Shown here: positions 1 through 11,068 of the stretch, piece by piece | How positions within the stretch are numbered: the stretch's first letter is position 1 | Layout: every line of letters starts with the position of its first letter | DNA from: Candidatus Lindowbacteria bacterium RIFCSPLOWO2_12_FULL_62_27 | Lineage (GTDB): Bacteria; Lindowbacteria; 2-12-FULL-62-27 | Reading direction: 5' to 3' | DNA: 44,560 bases | NCBI GenBank assembly: GCA_001784175.1 | Contig: MFPR01000001.1 | Coordinates: forward strand, 248,001-292,560 | Notes under the pieces: generated by a model | Seen by the model: only the letters and a program-made list of their open reading frames with translations | The model's database searches: none | Told to the model about the DNA's origin: nothing | Translations under genes and position numbers: made by a program

Positions 1-401
1 CTGCGCGCGATGACGGCGCCGTCGATGGGCGAAACCAGCGGCGCCGGCTTGTACAGCTCGCTCCAGCGCGCGACCTCCTCCGGGCCCTTCATGCGGGCCG
101 CGTCGAGCAGGGCGGCGCGCTCGGTCGAACTCATCCACGCGACGATCTGGCCCCTTCGGACGGACGCGCCCTCGCGCACGAGGATGTCCTCGATCCGGCC
201 GCCGATCGGCGGTTTGACCTCCACCCGGTTCTGCGGCTCCACCCCGCCCGTCGTCAGCACGACCGTTTCGATGTCCCCGCGCCGCACGCGCACCGTGTCC
301 CATTCGATTCCATCGGCCCGACGCCCGCCGCCGCGCCACCAGCCCCAGGCGCCGATGGCCAGCGCCACCACGACCAGCGCGATCATCCATTTGACCCTCA
401 C
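1..401 (-). CDS. Efflux periplasmic adaptor (MacA/HlyD-like MFP), 3' end outside window
   Basis: Manual translation from GTG 401 (GTGA overlap with TolC stop): MRVKWMIALVVVALAIGAWGWW...VRRGDIETVVLTTGGVEPQNRVEVKPPIGGRIEDILVREG...MSSTERAALLDAAR...LVSPIDGAVIAR; N-terminal TM plus lipoyl-like motifs. Confidence 0.85.
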   Translation of the reverse strand, partial: MRVKWMIALVVVALAIGAWGWWRGGGRRADGIEWDTVRVRRGDIETVVLTTGGVEPQNRVEVKPPIGGRIEDILVREGASVRRGQIVAWMSSTERAALLDAARMKGPEEVARWSELYKPAPLVSPIDGAVIAR

Positions 402-1648
402 GGCTCCAGCTCCTTTCCTGTCGCGTTCAGCCACTCGGCCTCGGCTAGGACGGCGTCCCGGCGGGCCGCGAGCGCGGCCCGTTCCTGTGAAATGAGATCA
501 TTTTCGATGATATCCCAATCCTGATACGTGAGCAAACCGCTCGCATACTGCGCCTGCGCGATTTCGGCCCGGACCCGCGCGGCTTCCAGAAACTCCTCGC
601 GAACGGCGACGAACTCCGCCGCGTCGACGAAGCCGGCGTGCCGGTCCCGCAGATCCAGCGACGCGAAGTTCCGCGCCGACTCCTCCACAAACGCGAGCCG
701 CTCCGCATCCGCGCGCGCCGACTCGACGTCGCGCCATTCCTTGCCGCCGGAAAAGAGCGGGAGCGACAGCGCCAGGCCGCCGGACCAGTCACCCGTGGTT
801 CGTCGCGGCGGCCAGCGGCCGTCCGAGCGTTTGGCGGACCCGGACAGCGACAGGGTCGGATAGAAATTCCGGCGCTCGATGGTGACGCCCAGTTCCCCGG
901 CCCGCCGGTCCGCAACTGATTTTCGCACGGCGGGCGTACGATCGGCGAGCGCCGCAAAGTCCGGTTCCTCCGGCGGCACGCCGGCTTCAAGCCCGCCCAC
1001 CGCGCGAACCTCGCCGTCGTCCCGCCCGCCCAGCGCGCGGCGCAGTTCCTGCTGCGCGACCCGCACGGCGCGCCGCGCCTGCCGGACATCGAAATCGGCC
1101 TCGTGGGCCTGAGCCTTTGCGCGCAAAAATGACCCCTTATGCTCGCGGCCGGCGTCAAACCTCGCGCGGACCAGATCGACGTTCTGCTTGCGGCGGTCCG
1201 CGATTTTTTCCGCCAGCGTCAAAAATTCCTGCGCGTGCAAAAGGCGGGCGAAGGCCGACCGAAGATCGATCTGCACATCGGCCGACGTTGACGCGAGGTC
1301 CGCCCGCGCCGCGTCGAGCGCGGCCTTCGCCTTCGCTACTTCCGGCTGGTCGGTCAGGCCGGGGAACAGGCGCTGGCTGGCGGAAAGGCTGTAGGCATAC
1401 TGATCGCCGGAGGCGGACGAATGAGACCGCGAGTAATCGACGCCTCCATCCAGATCCGGCCAGTACTCGGCCCGCCCGGACCCGACCGCCGCCGCGGCCG
1501 ATCGAACCGACGCTTCGGCCGCCCGAAGGTCCGGATGCCGCGCGCGGGCTTCGCGCGCGCATTGCTCCCAACTCACATCGCCGGCCCAAGCCACCATCGC
1601 CCCGAATGCGACGGCAGCGCCGACCGCAAACGTCCTTGCGATCTTCAT
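398..1648 (-). CDS. TolC-family outer membrane efflux protein
   Basis: Signal peptide MKIARTFAVGAAVAFGAMVAWA; two OEP repeats (YWPDLD, FYPTLSL...LSLPLFSGG, AQYASGL); start set at ATG 1648. Confidence 0.9.
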   Translation of the reverse strand: MKIARTFAVGAAVAFGAMVAWAGDVSWEQCAREARARHPDLRAAEASVRSAAAAVGSGRAEYWPDLDGGVDYSRSHSSASGDQYAYSLSASQRLFPGLTDQPEVAKAKAALDAARADLASTSADVQIDLRSAFARLLHAQEFLTLAEKIADRRKQNVDLVRARFDAGREHKGSFLRAKAQAHEADFDVRQARRAVRVAQQELRRALGGRDDGEVRAVGGLEAGVPPEEPDFAALADRTPAVRKSVADRRAGELGVTIERRNFYPTLSLSGSAKRSDGRWPPRRTTGDWSGGLALSLPLFSGGKEWRDVESARADAERLAFVEESARNFASLDLRDRHAGFVDAAEFVAVREEFLEAARVRAEIAQAQYASGLLTYQDWDIIENDLISQERAALAARRDAVLAEAEWLNATGKELEP

Positions 1649-1716
1649 CGACAATGGTAATATCACAAACTTTCAAATCTGGCGATTCAAAACCGCCCAA
1701 AGGGGAGACGCATCCT

Positions 1717-2061
1717 ATGAATACCATCTTGCTCTTGGTTTTCTCAAATGTGTTCATGACCATCGCATGGTACGGGCACCTGAAATACAAATCGCACGCG
1801 CTCGGGGCCGTGATCCTGATCAGTTGGCTGATCGCGCTGCCTGAGTACATGCTCCAGGTGCCCGCGAACCGGTTCGGCCACGGGGCGTTCACGGCGCCTC
1901 AGTTGAAGATCATCCAGGAGATCATCTCGATTTCGGTGTTTGTTCTCTTCTGCATGACGTACCTCAGGGAACCGATCCGGTGGAACTACGTGGTCTCGTT
2001 CCTCCTGATCGTCGCCGCCGCCTTCTTCGCCTTCGCCGATCTGCCCCGAATGCCGGCCTAA
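1717..2061 (+). CDS. DMT-family small membrane protein (DUF486-like)
   Basis: MNTILLLVFSNVFMTIAWYGHLK...SWLIALPEYMLQVPANRFG...QLKIIQE motifs; GGGGAG RBS before ATG 1717. Confidence 0.9.
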   Translation: MNTILLLVFSNVFMTIAWYGHLKYKSHALGAVILISWLIALPEYMLQVPANRFGHGAFTAPQLKIIQEIISISVFVLFCMTYLREPIRWNYVVSFLLIVAAAFFAFADLPRMPA

Positions 2062-3677
2062 CTTTTTTTGCCTGACATCTCCTCCTGAAGCTGGTCGGAC
2101 CAGGGGTCGGAGGCGGCGGGGCCGGCCGGGGCGCCTTTGAGGACTCGGTCGATCTTGGTCGAGAGTTCCGCGAGCGTGTAGGGTTTGAGGAGGAAGGATT
2201 TCAGGCCGAGCCGGAACATGGCGTCGGTGTCGCCGCGGATCGAGTAGCCGGTCGTCAGGATGGCCTTGACGTCCGGGCGGATCTTGCGCATCTCCGCGAA
2301 GGTTTCAAGCCCGTTTTTTCCCGGCATCTTCATGTCCACGATGACAAGATCGATCTCGGCCCGGCGCTCCTGAAAGATGCGGATCGCCTCGTCCCCGTCC
2401 TTTGCGGAGTGAACCATGTATCCGATTTCGCTCAGGAGTCGTGCCGTCGTTTGCAGCACGGACGGCTCGTCATCGACGACGAGGACGGTCGCCGTGCCGG
2501 GCGCCACCTTTTCTTCGGCCGACATTTTGACGAGCGCGGCGTCGGACTCGAACGCGGGAAAATAAAGATGGACCGCCGTCCCCTTGCCCTCTTCGCTGTC
2601 CAGCTCCAGGTACCCGCCGTGGGCCTTGACGGTCTTGTAGGCCATCGTGAGCCCCAGCCCGCTTTTGCCCTGCGCCTCCTTGGTGGTGAAAAATGGTTCG
2701 TAGGCGCGGCGCAGAACCTCCGGCTTCATCCCGCCGCCCGTGTCGCGGATGGTCAGTTTCACGAGCCGGCCCGGCGGCAGGCCCGGCCGCATCTCCCGAA
2801 ACGCATCGTTGGGCGAGAAGGCCGAGGTTTCGACGGACAGCACGCCGCCCTGCGGCATCGCGTCCATGGCGTTCAGGCTGACCGCCATCAGCGCCTCCTC
2901 GAGATGTTCCTGCGACCCCACGATCGGCGGCACGGCATCGGCCACGGCAAGCTGGATCTTGATCTTCGCGGGAACGGTCCGCTTCAGTGTCTGGAAAAAT
3001 GCGCGCGCGAATTCATTGACGTCCATCTGGACCCGCGAGGCCGGCGCGTCGGCCGATCCGCCGGCGCGCGCGAACGCGCGGAGTTCCTTGATGACCGCCG
3101 ATCCTTTCTGGACCAGCGCCTCGATCTGGGAAGCCGATTCGACGAGCTTTCCGTCCTGGGCGACCATCCGGATCAGGGTCGCGTAGCCTTGAATCCCGAG
3201 CAGCAGGTTGTTGATCTCGTGGGCCACGTCGCTGGAGAATTTGTCCAGAATCTCCATCTTCTGCGCTTCGTATAATTTCTGCGCCGCCTTCTTGCGCTCG
3301 GTCACGTCCCGGAAGAAGGCGCAGGCAAAGAGTTTGTCCCCGAGGGTCAGGCCGGTCAGCAGCGCCTCGCAGCGGATGTTCGACGCGCCGGCGCGCATCG
3401 CGGTGACTTCGATGGCCGTGCGCTCGAGCCTCTGCGCGGGATCCTTTTCGAAAAACCGGGTCAGAATTTTCCGGAACGCCTCGCGCTGCGGCTCGATCAG
3501 CACCTCCTCCAGCGGCATGTCCATCGCCTGCTCCTCGCCGATCCGAAAGAGCCGGGCGGCGGCCGGATTGAAATGCGTGATCCGGCCCTTCTGGTCCGCG
3601 CCGACGACGGCCTCGCGGGTCGACGCGTAGATGTGAGTCAAAAATCCCGCCGGGTCGGCGGTCGTCACGTTTGCCAT
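2058..3677 (-). CDS. PAS-domain hybrid histidine kinase/response regulator (CckA-like architecture)
   Basis: PAS (FNPAAARLF), H-box VAHEINN, N-box SLNAMDAM, PFFTTK, GLGL, REC (VVDDE, VDMKMP, LLKP); start chosen at ATG 3677 just after the upstream stop. Confidence 0.9.
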   Translation of the reverse strand: MANVTTADPAGFLTHIYASTREAVVGADQKGRITHFNPAAARLFRIGEEQAMDMPLEEVLIEPQREAFRKILTRFFEKDPAQRLERTAIEVTAMRAGASNIRCEALLTGLTLGDKLFACAFFRDVTERKKAAQKLYEAQKMEILDKFSSDVAHEINNLLLGIQGYATLIRMVAQDGKLVESASQIEALVQKGSAVIKELRAFARAGGSADAPASRVQMDVNEFARAFFQTLKRTVPAKIKIQLAVADAVPPIVGSQEHLEEALMAVSLNAMDAMPQGGVLSVETSAFSPNDAFREMRPGLPPGRLVKLTIRDTGGGMKPEVLRRAYEPFFTTKEAQGKSGLGLTMAYKTVKAHGGYLELDSEEGKGTAVHLYFPAFESDAALVKMSAEEKVAPGTATVLVVDDEPSVLQTTARLLSEIGYMVHSAKDGDEAIRIFQERRAEIDLVIVDMKMPGKNGLETFAEMRKIRPDVKAILTTGYSIRGDTDAMFRLGLKSFLLKPYTLAELSTKIDRVLKGAPAGPAASDPWSDQLQEEMSGKKS

Positions 3678-3681
3678 GATC

Positions 3682-6246
3682 TTAAACGCCATCATTCTTG
3701 ACACGCGATATTTTGTAAAGGGTTTCTCTGACCAGCGCATTCAGCCGCGCGAGGTTGTAGGGCTTTTCGAGCGTCGGAATGTTGTTTGACTCGACGAATT
3801 TCCGCGGCTCCGGGCTCATCACGTCGCCCGTGCTCAGGATGAACGCCGGCAGAAGTTCCGGCCGATGATTTTCGACGTATTCGTAGAGCGCCTTCCCGTC
3901 CTTCTCCGGCATTTTCAAATCGACGATCAGAAGGTCATAGCGCCGCTCCCGCAGGCGTTCGACCGCCTCATCCACCGAGGAGGCGGCCGTCACGCCGTAG
4001 CCCTGCCCGGTCAGATGACGTTTCAATACATTGCGAATCGACTCTTCATCGTCCACCACCAGAATCCTCGCATGGCCACGGCCGGCCGGCGTCCCTCCCT
4101 GCGCATCGACCCTCTCCGGCGGCGGGACGAGGCCGGCGGGCGCCACCGGCAACTCGACGATGAAGCGGGTGCCCCGGCCGGCCTCGCTGTCCACCGAGAG
4201 CACGCCTCCGTGCTCGGCGACGATGCCGTGGCTGATGCTGAGGCCCAATCCCGTGCCCCGGCCCACATCCTTCGTGGTGTAGAAGGGATCGAAAATCCTG
4301 GAAAGCTGTTCTGCCGGGATCCCGGAACCGGAATCTTCAATGATCATCCAGATGTGAGAGCCGGTGTGCCGGCTGCGTACCGCCACGCGGCGCGTTCCGG
4401 AGACCGGTTTCACCGCATCCAGCGCGTTGTTCAAGATATTGAAGAACACCTGCTGAATCTGGTTCGGATCGGCCATCGCCGGGGGAAGGCCCGGATCCAG
4501 CCCGGTTTCGATTGACACATTTTCTATTTTGAACTGATGCTTCATCAGCTCCAGCGTGTCGTTCATCACCCCGTTCAAATCGCAGTTCAGCCGGGCCGGC
4601 TCCCATTTCCGGGCGAAGGTCAGAAGGTTCTGGACGACGCGGGCGCACCGCGCCGCCTCTTTTTCGATCATGTCAATGTCGCTTCGGACGCCGGACATGC
4701 TCCTTGAGTGCCGGATGAGCTCGGCGTAGCCGAGGATGCCGGTCAGGGGATTGTTGATCTCATGGGCGATCCCGGCGACGAATTGCCCCACCGCCGCCAT
4801 TTTGTCGGCCTGCCGAAGTCTCTGTTGCAGCCGTTGCTCCCGGTCGGCGGCGGCCCTGCCTTCGGTCATGTCTCTCGAAATGGTGGAGTAGTATTCAATG
4901 TCCCCGGTACCGTTCCGATGCGCGACCAGGACCATCAGCGTGGGAATGGAGCGACCGCCCAGGCTCCTGAATTCTATTTCCCCGCGCCAGAATCCCCGCC
5001 GGCTGACCGCCGGGAGGATCTCGCCGACGAATTGCGCATCGAGTTCCGGCGGGTGGAACTGCCTCATGTGGTACTTCCTGACATTCTCATCCCAGCCGAC
5101 GCCGAGAAGTTCCCGCCCTGCGGCGTTCATGTAGAGCGCGTTGCCCTTCGGGTCGGCGATCGCCACAATGTCCGGCGTCGACTCAAGGATCGCGGTCAGG
5201 CGCTCGAACCGCGCCGCCTGACGGCCTTCGTGGACCAGATGCGCTCCGAGGATCAGTGTGATGGCGAGCCCCACGAACAGAACCATGAGCGACTGCGTGC
5301 GGTCCAAGGTCGCGTCGAAGGCGGGAAGCGACGCGTAGTGGACCGACCACTCCCTGCCGTAGGCGTTGATATGGACCGTGGAGACAAACAGCGGGGGGCG
5401 GCCGGTATCCTGCCGGCCGAAGCAATGGTCGGCGTCATACAGAAGCGTGGTCCCGTTCATCTCGCGTCCGTCGAATATCTCAAGGTCGATGTCCCGGATG
5501 CTGTCGCCGAGAATGCCCCGCATGAGATCGTTCATCCGGTACGGGCTGTAGACAAATCCCTCCAGCGCCGCCCAGCGTTCCTCCGTCGTTTCTGCCGGCG
5601 CGTTCCTTCGATAGAACGGCACGTACATGAGAATGCCGTGCTGAATGTCCGTTTCGGTCTCCTGAACGAGACGGACCTTCCCGGAAATGGTCGGTGCGCC
5701 GGAATCGACGGCCATCGACATGGCCCGGCGCCGGACGGTCTCCGATAACATGTCGTATCCGAAAGCGCGAAGATTACGTTGGACGAAAGGCTCCAGGTAA
5801 ATAATGGAAGTGTAGACGGAACGTTCGCCGGCGGGCCAAATATGAAAGTTCGGGTACCCCTCGGCCCGGATTTTCGCGACAAACGAATCTTTTTCCTCCG
5901 GCCGAATCCATTTGGCATATCCGACACCCTGGATTCCCGGAAAATTCTCCTCGAGCTTCAGGGTGGTGACGTAGTCCCGCCACTCGTCCCGGTCGACCGT
6001 ATGAGATCCCCTGAAATGCCCCACGCCGCCGCGCAGGACGAGTTCGTGGTCGAGGAGCCGCTTCCTGATGGCGAGATTGGTCCGCTCGACATGGGCGTCG
6101 AACCGGTCCCGGGCGAGTTGGAGTTCCTGCTCCTGCGTGAAGTTCCACGCCACGATCGTTCCGATGACATCGAGCAGCAGGATGACCACAGCCGCCATCC
6201 GGCCGACCCGCAGTCGGCGGGGCCGGCGTTTGCCCATGGACTTCAT
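3682..6246 (-). CDS. CHASE-PAS hybrid histidine kinase (paralog 1)
   Basis: TM, CHASE ([32 protein letters not shown]), TM, PAS, H-box IAHEINNPL, HATPase (DPFYTTK, GTGLGL), REC. Confidence 0.93.
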   Translation of the reverse strand: MKSMGKRRPRRLRVGRMAAVVILLLDVIGTIVAWNFTQEQELQLARDRFDAHVERTNLAIRKRLLDHELVLRGGVGHFRGSHTVDRDEWRDYVTTLKLEENFPGIQGVGYAKWIRPEEKDSFVAKIRAEGYPNFHIWPAGERSVYTSIIYLEPFVQRNLRAFGYDMLSETVRRRAMSMAVDSGAPTISGKVRLVQETETDIQHGILMYVPFYRRNAPAETTEERWAALEGFVYSPYRMNDLMRGILGDSIRDIDLEIFDGREMNGTTLLYDADHCFGRQDTGRPPLFVSTVHINAYGREWSVHYASLPAFDATLDRTQSLMVLFVGLAITLILGAHLVHEGRQAARFERLTAILESTPDIVAIADPKGNALYMNAAGRELLGVGWDENVRKYHMRQFHPPELDAQFVGEILPAVSRRGFWRGEIEFRSLGGRSIPTLMVLVAHRNGTGDIEYYSTISRDMTEGRAAADREQRLQQRLRQADKMAAVGQFVAGIAHEINNPLTGILGYAELIRHSRSMSGVRSDIDMIEKEAARCARVVQNLLTFARKWEPARLNCDLNGVMNDTLELMKHQFKIENVSIETGLDPGLPPAMADPNQIQQVFFNILNNALDAVKPVSGTRRVAVRSRHTGSHIWMIIEDSGSGIPAEQLSRIFDPFYTTKDVGRGTGLGLSISHGIVAEHGGVLSVDSEAGRGTRFIVELPVAPAGLVPPPERVDAQGGTPAGRGHARILVVDDEESIRNVLKRHLTGQGYGVTAASSVDEAVERLRERRYDLLIVDLKMPEKDGKALYEYVENHRPELLPAFILSTGDVMSPEPRKFVESNNIPTLEKPYNLARLNALVRETLYKISRVKNDGV

Positions 6247-7862
6247 ACCAGCGGGATGGGTTTAATGCCGCGTCGAGTGGCGTCGTACTTGAACCGGACC
6301 CACGAGAGGGCCTCGGAGACGTAATAGGTGGCCGGCCCGATGAGAATGCGGACGCCGCGATGGACGCGGCCGCGCACATCGAGTTCGCCGTCGGTCCGGT
6401 TTTTCATCGAGTCGATGAAGCCCTCCTCCTCCTGCTGGATTTTTTTCAGGCGCGTGCAGAGCACGATGACGGTCTTGGCCAGCTTCAACATCTGCCGGCC
6501 CTCGTCGGTCATCGCCTGCTCCTGGAGCGCCTCCGAGGAGAGGCCGAACCGGTTCAGGGCGGCCTCCGCGTCGTCCAGCGCCTTCTGCGCCGCCTGACGG
6601 CGCGCCTTGAGTTTGGTCAGCGCCATCAGGTTCTGGCCGGTGACGCCCAACTGGACCACGGTCGATTCGCCCGACCCCGCGCCCAGATCCCGGACCTCCA
6701 CGCGCGCGCCCGCGTAGATTCGGCCGCCGATCACAACCCCGCGGCCTTCCGTCACCACCACGGCGTCCCCGCCGGCCAGCTCGCTGTTCACGGCGCTCTG
6801 CGTTTTCAAAATCCCGCCCGCGATCACCGTCGCCTGCTCCACGAACTTCGCCGTCACGTCCCACGCCGCCTGCACCATGCCGCGGCCCGAACCCTGCACG
6901 CCCTTACTGATGTAGATGCTCCCGTCGACGGCCCGCACCGTCGCGGCCTCCACGCCACCCTCGATCACGATGTCCTTGTCCGCCTGGATCGACAGCCCGC
7001 TCCGGACCCAGCCGCGGATGGCCAGCTCGCCCGGAAAGAGGATATGGCCGACCGAGATGTCGGCGTCCCCGGGAACGACCATCAGATTCTCGACGTCGAT
7101 CCGGTTCCCGTCGATCACCACGCGGCCCGGGCATTTCGCGTAGAAGCATCCCTCATGCGCGTCCAACGACACGTTCTTGCCGACCGCCGGCGCGATCGGT
7201 TTGCCTGCACCGGCCGCAATGTCTCGTCCGTGGACGTCCCGGCCGGGCGTACCGGGGACCGGCGGCAGAAGCCGTGCGATTTTCTGACCGTTGGCAACCG
7301 TTGCCAGCTCGGAAAACGGAATGGCGACGGCGGACGCCGGCACGGCCACGGGCGGCGGCGCGGACGGCTGCTGAGGGACGACCGCCAGGCGGCCGTCTTT
7401 GCCCGGCTGCATGGGAATGCCTTTGGCGACCTGATATCCGGTGACGCCGGTGACGCGCCCGGATTCAACGGCCTTTTCGACGGCCGCGTCATCCAAGCCG
7501 AAGACGACGCTCTGCTCCTGCAGAATTTTCCGGACCTGTTCGACCGTCACCGGCAGCCCATCGCCTGTCGCCGGCTCGATGTCGACAACCGCCCGCATGC
7601 CCTGGTCCAGCACCCGGACCTTGCACGTGCCGGGCGCGGGCGGAAACCCCAACAGATGCACGAGCCGGGGGCCGAATCGGCGGGACATTTCGCGGATTTC
7701 GGTGAAGGCCTCCTCCGAGGGCCCGGACTTGTTGAACATGATTTCCTTAAATTCCGAATCGACGTCGAGGTTGCCCTCCGTCGCGGACAGGCCCGCAAGG
7801 ACATTGCACAGCTTGTCCTCGAGTTCGAGGATTTCCTCGGGCCGGAGCGCGCGGCCGGTCAC
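6243..7862 (-). CDS. FapA / DUF342 family protein
   Basis: VVFGLD...GKDG, PPVPGTPGRDVHG, GKNV, GDADISVGHILFPGELAIRGWV beta-solenoid, VIGG, coiled coil, VRGRVHRGVRILIG; GTG 7862 overlaps the REC stop (GTGA). Confidence 0.85.
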   Translation of the reverse strand: MTGRALRPEEILELEDKLCNVLAGLSATEGNLDVDSEFKEIMFNKSGPSEEAFTEIREMSRRFGPRLVHLLGFPPAPGTCKVRVLDQGMRAVVDIEPATGDGLPVTVEQVRKILQEQSVVFGLDDAAVEKAVESGRVTGVTGYQVAKGIPMQPGKDGRLAVVPQQPSAPPPVAVPASAVAIPFSELATVANGQKIARLLPPVPGTPGRDVHGRDIAAGAGKPIAPAVGKNVSLDAHEGCFYAKCPGRVVIDGNRIDVENLMVVPGDADISVGHILFPGELAIRGWVRSGLSIQADKDIVIEGGVEAATVRAVDGSIYISKGVQGSGRGMVQAAWDVTAKFVEQATVIAGGILKTQSAVNSELAGGDAVVVTEGRGVVIGGRIYAGARVEVRDLGAGSGESTVVQLGVTGQNLMALTKLKARRQAAQKALDDAEAALNRFGLSSEALQEQAMTDEGRQMLKLAKTVIVLCTRLKKIQQEEEGFIDSMKNRTDGELDVRGRVHRGVRILIGPATYYVSEALSWVRFKYDATRRGIKPIPLV

Positions 7863-8377
7863 AAGTCCGACCCGCCTTCGGGTTCGCGCCGGTCTTCCTG
7901 CGCCATCCGCGCCGCCAGGCCGCTGCCGCGCGGGCGGCGATGGCCGTCGCCGTCGGCGAATTCGGAAGCGTCGTCGATCGGCGCCTGCGGGGACGGTTTT
8001 TTCGGATCCAGCACCGCCCGTATTTTTCTGACGAGGGTGTTCGAATTGAACGGCTTGGCCAGGTAATCCGCCGCGCCCGCCCGGACCGCGGCCATGACGG
8101 TGTCGCGGTCGGCGACGGCCGTCATCATCACGACGGGGATGTGGCGGGTGGTCGGATTGGCATGGAGGCGCCGGCAAACTTCCAACCCGTCCAGGCCGGG
8201 CATTTTGACGTCCATCAGCACCAGCGCCGGATTGAACTCGGCGACGTGTTCAAACGCCTGCTGCCCGTCATCGGCGGAGTCGGCCTCGAACCCGGCCTGG
8301 CTGAGCAACAGCACTGTCGTGATCCGCACCGACATCTCGTCGTCCACCACCAAAATCCGGCAGGGATCGGCCGTCAT
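7859..8377 (-). CDS. Response regulator receiver protein with charged C-terminal tail
   Basis: ILVVDDE, LMDVKMPGLDG, MMTA, YLAKPF; ATGA overlap with the upstream kinase. Confidence 0.9.
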   Translation of the reverse strand: MTADPCRILVVDDEMSVRITTVLLLSQAGFEADSADDGQQAFEHVAEFNPALVLMDVKMPGLDGLEVCRRLHANPTTRHIPVVMMTAVADRDTVMAAVRAGAADYLAKPFNSNTLVRKIRAVLDPKKPSPQAPIDDASEFADGDGHRRPRGSGLAARMAQEDRREPEGGSDL

Positions 8378-10953
8378 GCGCGCCTCACCATTACATCCCG
8401 AATCACTTGCGCCAGATGGCCCATGCTGTACGGCTTTTCCACGATCCGCACGCCCGTTTCCTCAACGAATTTCCGCGGCTCGTCACTCAGCACGTCCCCC
8501 GTGCTGAGAAGAAACGACTCCAGAAGTTCCGGATGATGCCGGGCGATGTGCCGGTAGAGAACCGTTCCGTCCTTGTCTGGCATTTTGAAATCCACGATGA
8601 GGGCGTCGAACACCTGCGTTTTCAGGGCGTCGATGGCCTCATCCACCGATCCGGCGGCGATGACACGGAAGTCGCGGCCGCCAAGGTACCTTGACACCGT
8701 CTTTCGAATCGACGCCTCGTCGTCCACCAGAAGAACCGACGCTTTGTTTTCCCCGTCCCGGACGCGACGTTCCGGACGATGTTCAACGTCAGATGGAGGA
8801 AGACCGTCGGGCAATTCGACCGTAATCGTGGCGCCACGCCCCTCCTCGCTCTCCGCCCGGATGGTTCCCCCATGCTCGGCGACGATGGCGTAACTGACGC
8901 TGAGCCCCAGGCCCGTGCCCTGCCCGACCTCCTTGGTCGTGAAAAACGGATCGAATATTTTCTTGAGGTTCTCCCTGGCGATTCCCGGCCCCGAGTCCTG
9001 AAAGACAATCCGGACGCGCCCGTCGGTTTTGCACGTCTGGACCCTCAGGCGCCGCGGGCCTTCCGTTTTCTTCAACGCGTGGTGTGCGTTTTGCGCCAGA
9101 TTCAGGAAAACCTGCTGGATCATGTCGCAGTCCACCCGGATCGGAGGCAAGTCGGAACACATCAGGGTTTGAACTTCGATGCTGTCCAACCGCATCTGGG
9201 CCGAACAGAGTTCCAGAACATTTTCGAGGTGATTGTGAATGTCACAGAGACTCCTCTGCGGGTCTCCTTTCCGGGCGAACGTCAGCAGGTTCTTCACGAT
9301 CCTGGCGCACCGCTCGGCCTCTTTGGCTATGGCCGCAACGTCGGCCTTGCACTCCCCCAGATTCTGGGAATTTTGGACGAGTTCCGCGTAGCCCAGGATG
9401 CCCGTCAGTGGATTGTTCAGCTCGTGGGCGATCCCGGCGATGGTCGTCCCGAGGGCCGACATTTTTTCGGCCTGGTGAAGATGTTGTTGAAGCGCCCGTT
9501 CCCTCGTTTCGGCGGCCCGGCGATCGGTCAGGTCTCTCGAGATGGTCGAGAAGTAATCAACGCCTCCACTCGGGTTGCGATGCGCGATCAGAATCATGGA
9601 GGTGGGAATGACCCGCCCGGCCCGGCTCTGAAACTCCATGTCCCCGGCCCATATCCCCTCCTGGAAAATCGCCGGGAGCGCCGTCCGCGTCAACTGCCGG
9701 TAGCCCTCGCGGCTGTGGAATTCTTTGATGCGCAGTTTGGAAACATCCTCATTCTCTCCGATTCCCAAGAGCACCCTCCCGGCCCGATTGACGTAAAGAA
9801 TGCGTTCTTCCGGAGTGGCAATAGCCACAATGTCCGGCGTCGCGTCGAGGATGGCGATCAGGCGCTCAAATCTCTCCGTCTGGCGGCCTTCATGGGCCAG
9901 ATGCGCGCCCAAGATCAGTGTAATGAGCAGTCCCACGGCCAGCACCATGATCGATTGCCGGCGGTCCAACGTCGCGTCGAACGCCGGAAGAGAGTAGTAA
10001 TGAAGCGTCCAATCGCGTCCATAGGCGTTGATATGGGACGTGGACCGAAACAGCGGCCGGGCGCCGGTGTCCGCCAGGCTGAGCGGTGGCGCGGCGTCGA
10101 AGAGAATCGCCTCCTCCTGAATCTCCCGGCCGGCGTCGGAGACGCCGGCACTTGGGGCGCCGGAGGCGCTGACCCGGCCGTCGTAGATTTCGAGACAAAT
10201 GTCCTTGATGCTGTCGCCGAGGATGCCGCGCATGAGGTCTTTCATCCGGTACGGGCTGTAGACAAACCCGACCAGCGCCGCCCGGCGATCCTCCACGGTT
10301 TCGGTGGGCGCGTCCTTTCGATAGAACGGCACATACATCAGGATGCCGTGCTGGATGTCCGTCTCGGTTTCCTGAACCAATTTGACCTTCCCGGAAATGG
10401 TCACCATGCCGGAGTCTCTTGACAGGGACATGGCCTGGTTCCGGACAGGTTCCGCCCACATGTCATACCCAAAGGCGCGAAGATTTCGTTTGACGAACGG
10501 CTCGAGATAAATAATGGAAGTGTAGGCGGGACGATCGCCCTCCGGCCAGATCCGGTACTTCGGAAACCCTTTGGCGCGGAAGCTCGCCTCATGGGCCGCC
10601 TTTTCCTCCGGGCGAACCCATTCGGCAAATCCAACGCCCTGAATCCCGGGAAAATTTTCCTCCAGCCTCATGTTGGCGATGAAGTCGCGCCATTCCGTCC
10701 TCTCCACCCGGGCGGAGCTTCTGAACAATCCAACCCCAGACCGGAGGACCAGTTCATGATCAAGAAGCCTTTTTCTGATCGCCAAGTTCGCGCGTTCCAC
10801 ATGGGCGTCAAATCTGTCCCGGGCGATTTCGAGTTCCTGCTCCTGTGTGAAATGCCAGGCCACGATGGTTCCGACGACGTCGAGAATCAAAATAGCGATG
10901 GCGATGAGCCGTCCGATCCGTATACGCGCTTGGCAGACTCTATTGATCTTCAT
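8374..10953 (-). CDS. CHASE-PAS hybrid histidine kinase (paralog 2)
   Basis: Same architecture as 3682..6246 with long identical peptide stretches ([21 protein letters not shown]); H-box IAHELNNPL; start ATG 10953 aligns with the N-terminus of paralog 1. Confidence 0.93.
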   Translation of the reverse strand: MKINRVCQARIRIGRLIAIAILILDVVGTIVAWHFTQEQELEIARDRFDAHVERANLAIRKRLLDHELVLRSGVGLFRSSARVERTEWRDFIANMRLEENFPGIQGVGFAEWVRPEEKAAHEASFRAKGFPKYRIWPEGDRPAYTSIIYLEPFVKRNLRAFGYDMWAEPVRNQAMSLSRDSGMVTISGKVKLVQETETDIQHGILMYVPFYRKDAPTETVEDRRAALVGFVYSPYRMKDLMRGILGDSIKDICLEIYDGRVSASGAPSAGVSDAGREIQEEAILFDAAPPLSLADTGARPLFRSTSHINAYGRDWTLHYYSLPAFDATLDRRQSIMVLAVGLLITLILGAHLAHEGRQTERFERLIAILDATPDIVAIATPEERILYVNRAGRVLLGIGENEDVSKLRIKEFHSREGYRQLTRTALPAIFQEGIWAGDMEFQSRAGRVIPTSMILIAHRNPSGGVDYFSTISRDLTDRRAAETRERALQQHLHQAEKMSALGTTIAGIAHELNNPLTGILGYAELVQNSQNLGECKADVAAIAKEAERCARIVKNLLTFARKGDPQRSLCDIHNHLENVLELCSAQMRLDSIEVQTLMCSDLPPIRVDCDMIQQVFLNLAQNAHHALKKTEGPRRLRVQTCKTDGRVRIVFQDSGPGIARENLKKIFDPFFTTKEVGQGTGLGLSVSYAIVAEHGGTIRAESEEGRGATITVELPDGLPPSDVEHRPERRVRDGENKASVLLVDDEASIRKTVSRYLGGRDFRVIAAGSVDEAIDALKTQVFDALIVDFKMPDKDGTVLYRHIARHHPELLESFLLSTGDVLSDEPRKFVEETGVRIVEKPYSMGHLAQVIRDVMVRRA

Positions 10954-11068
10954 CACCGCCCCCCCCCACCCCTCAACTACTTGGAGATCAGAAGGTTGGG
11001 ATTTCATGATCATAAATCCAAAATGTGCCAGGGGCGACATATATATATGGAGAGGAGGCTTCCGATTT

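Noticed and set aside
1649-1716. Riboswitch upstream of the DMT gene
   Set aside because: Spacer is short, has only a weak hairpin and no recognisable aptamer consensus
7863-8177. N-terminal extension of the 644-aa FapA ORF, or a REC-FapA frameshift fusion
   Set aside because: The extension overlaps the REC gene with low-complexity sequence; a clean GTGA coupling at 7859-7862 explains the arrangement
10957-10976. C-rich tract resembling the repeat family
   Set aside because: Lacks the hairpin half; reads as the G-rich RBS region of the kinase on the minus strand
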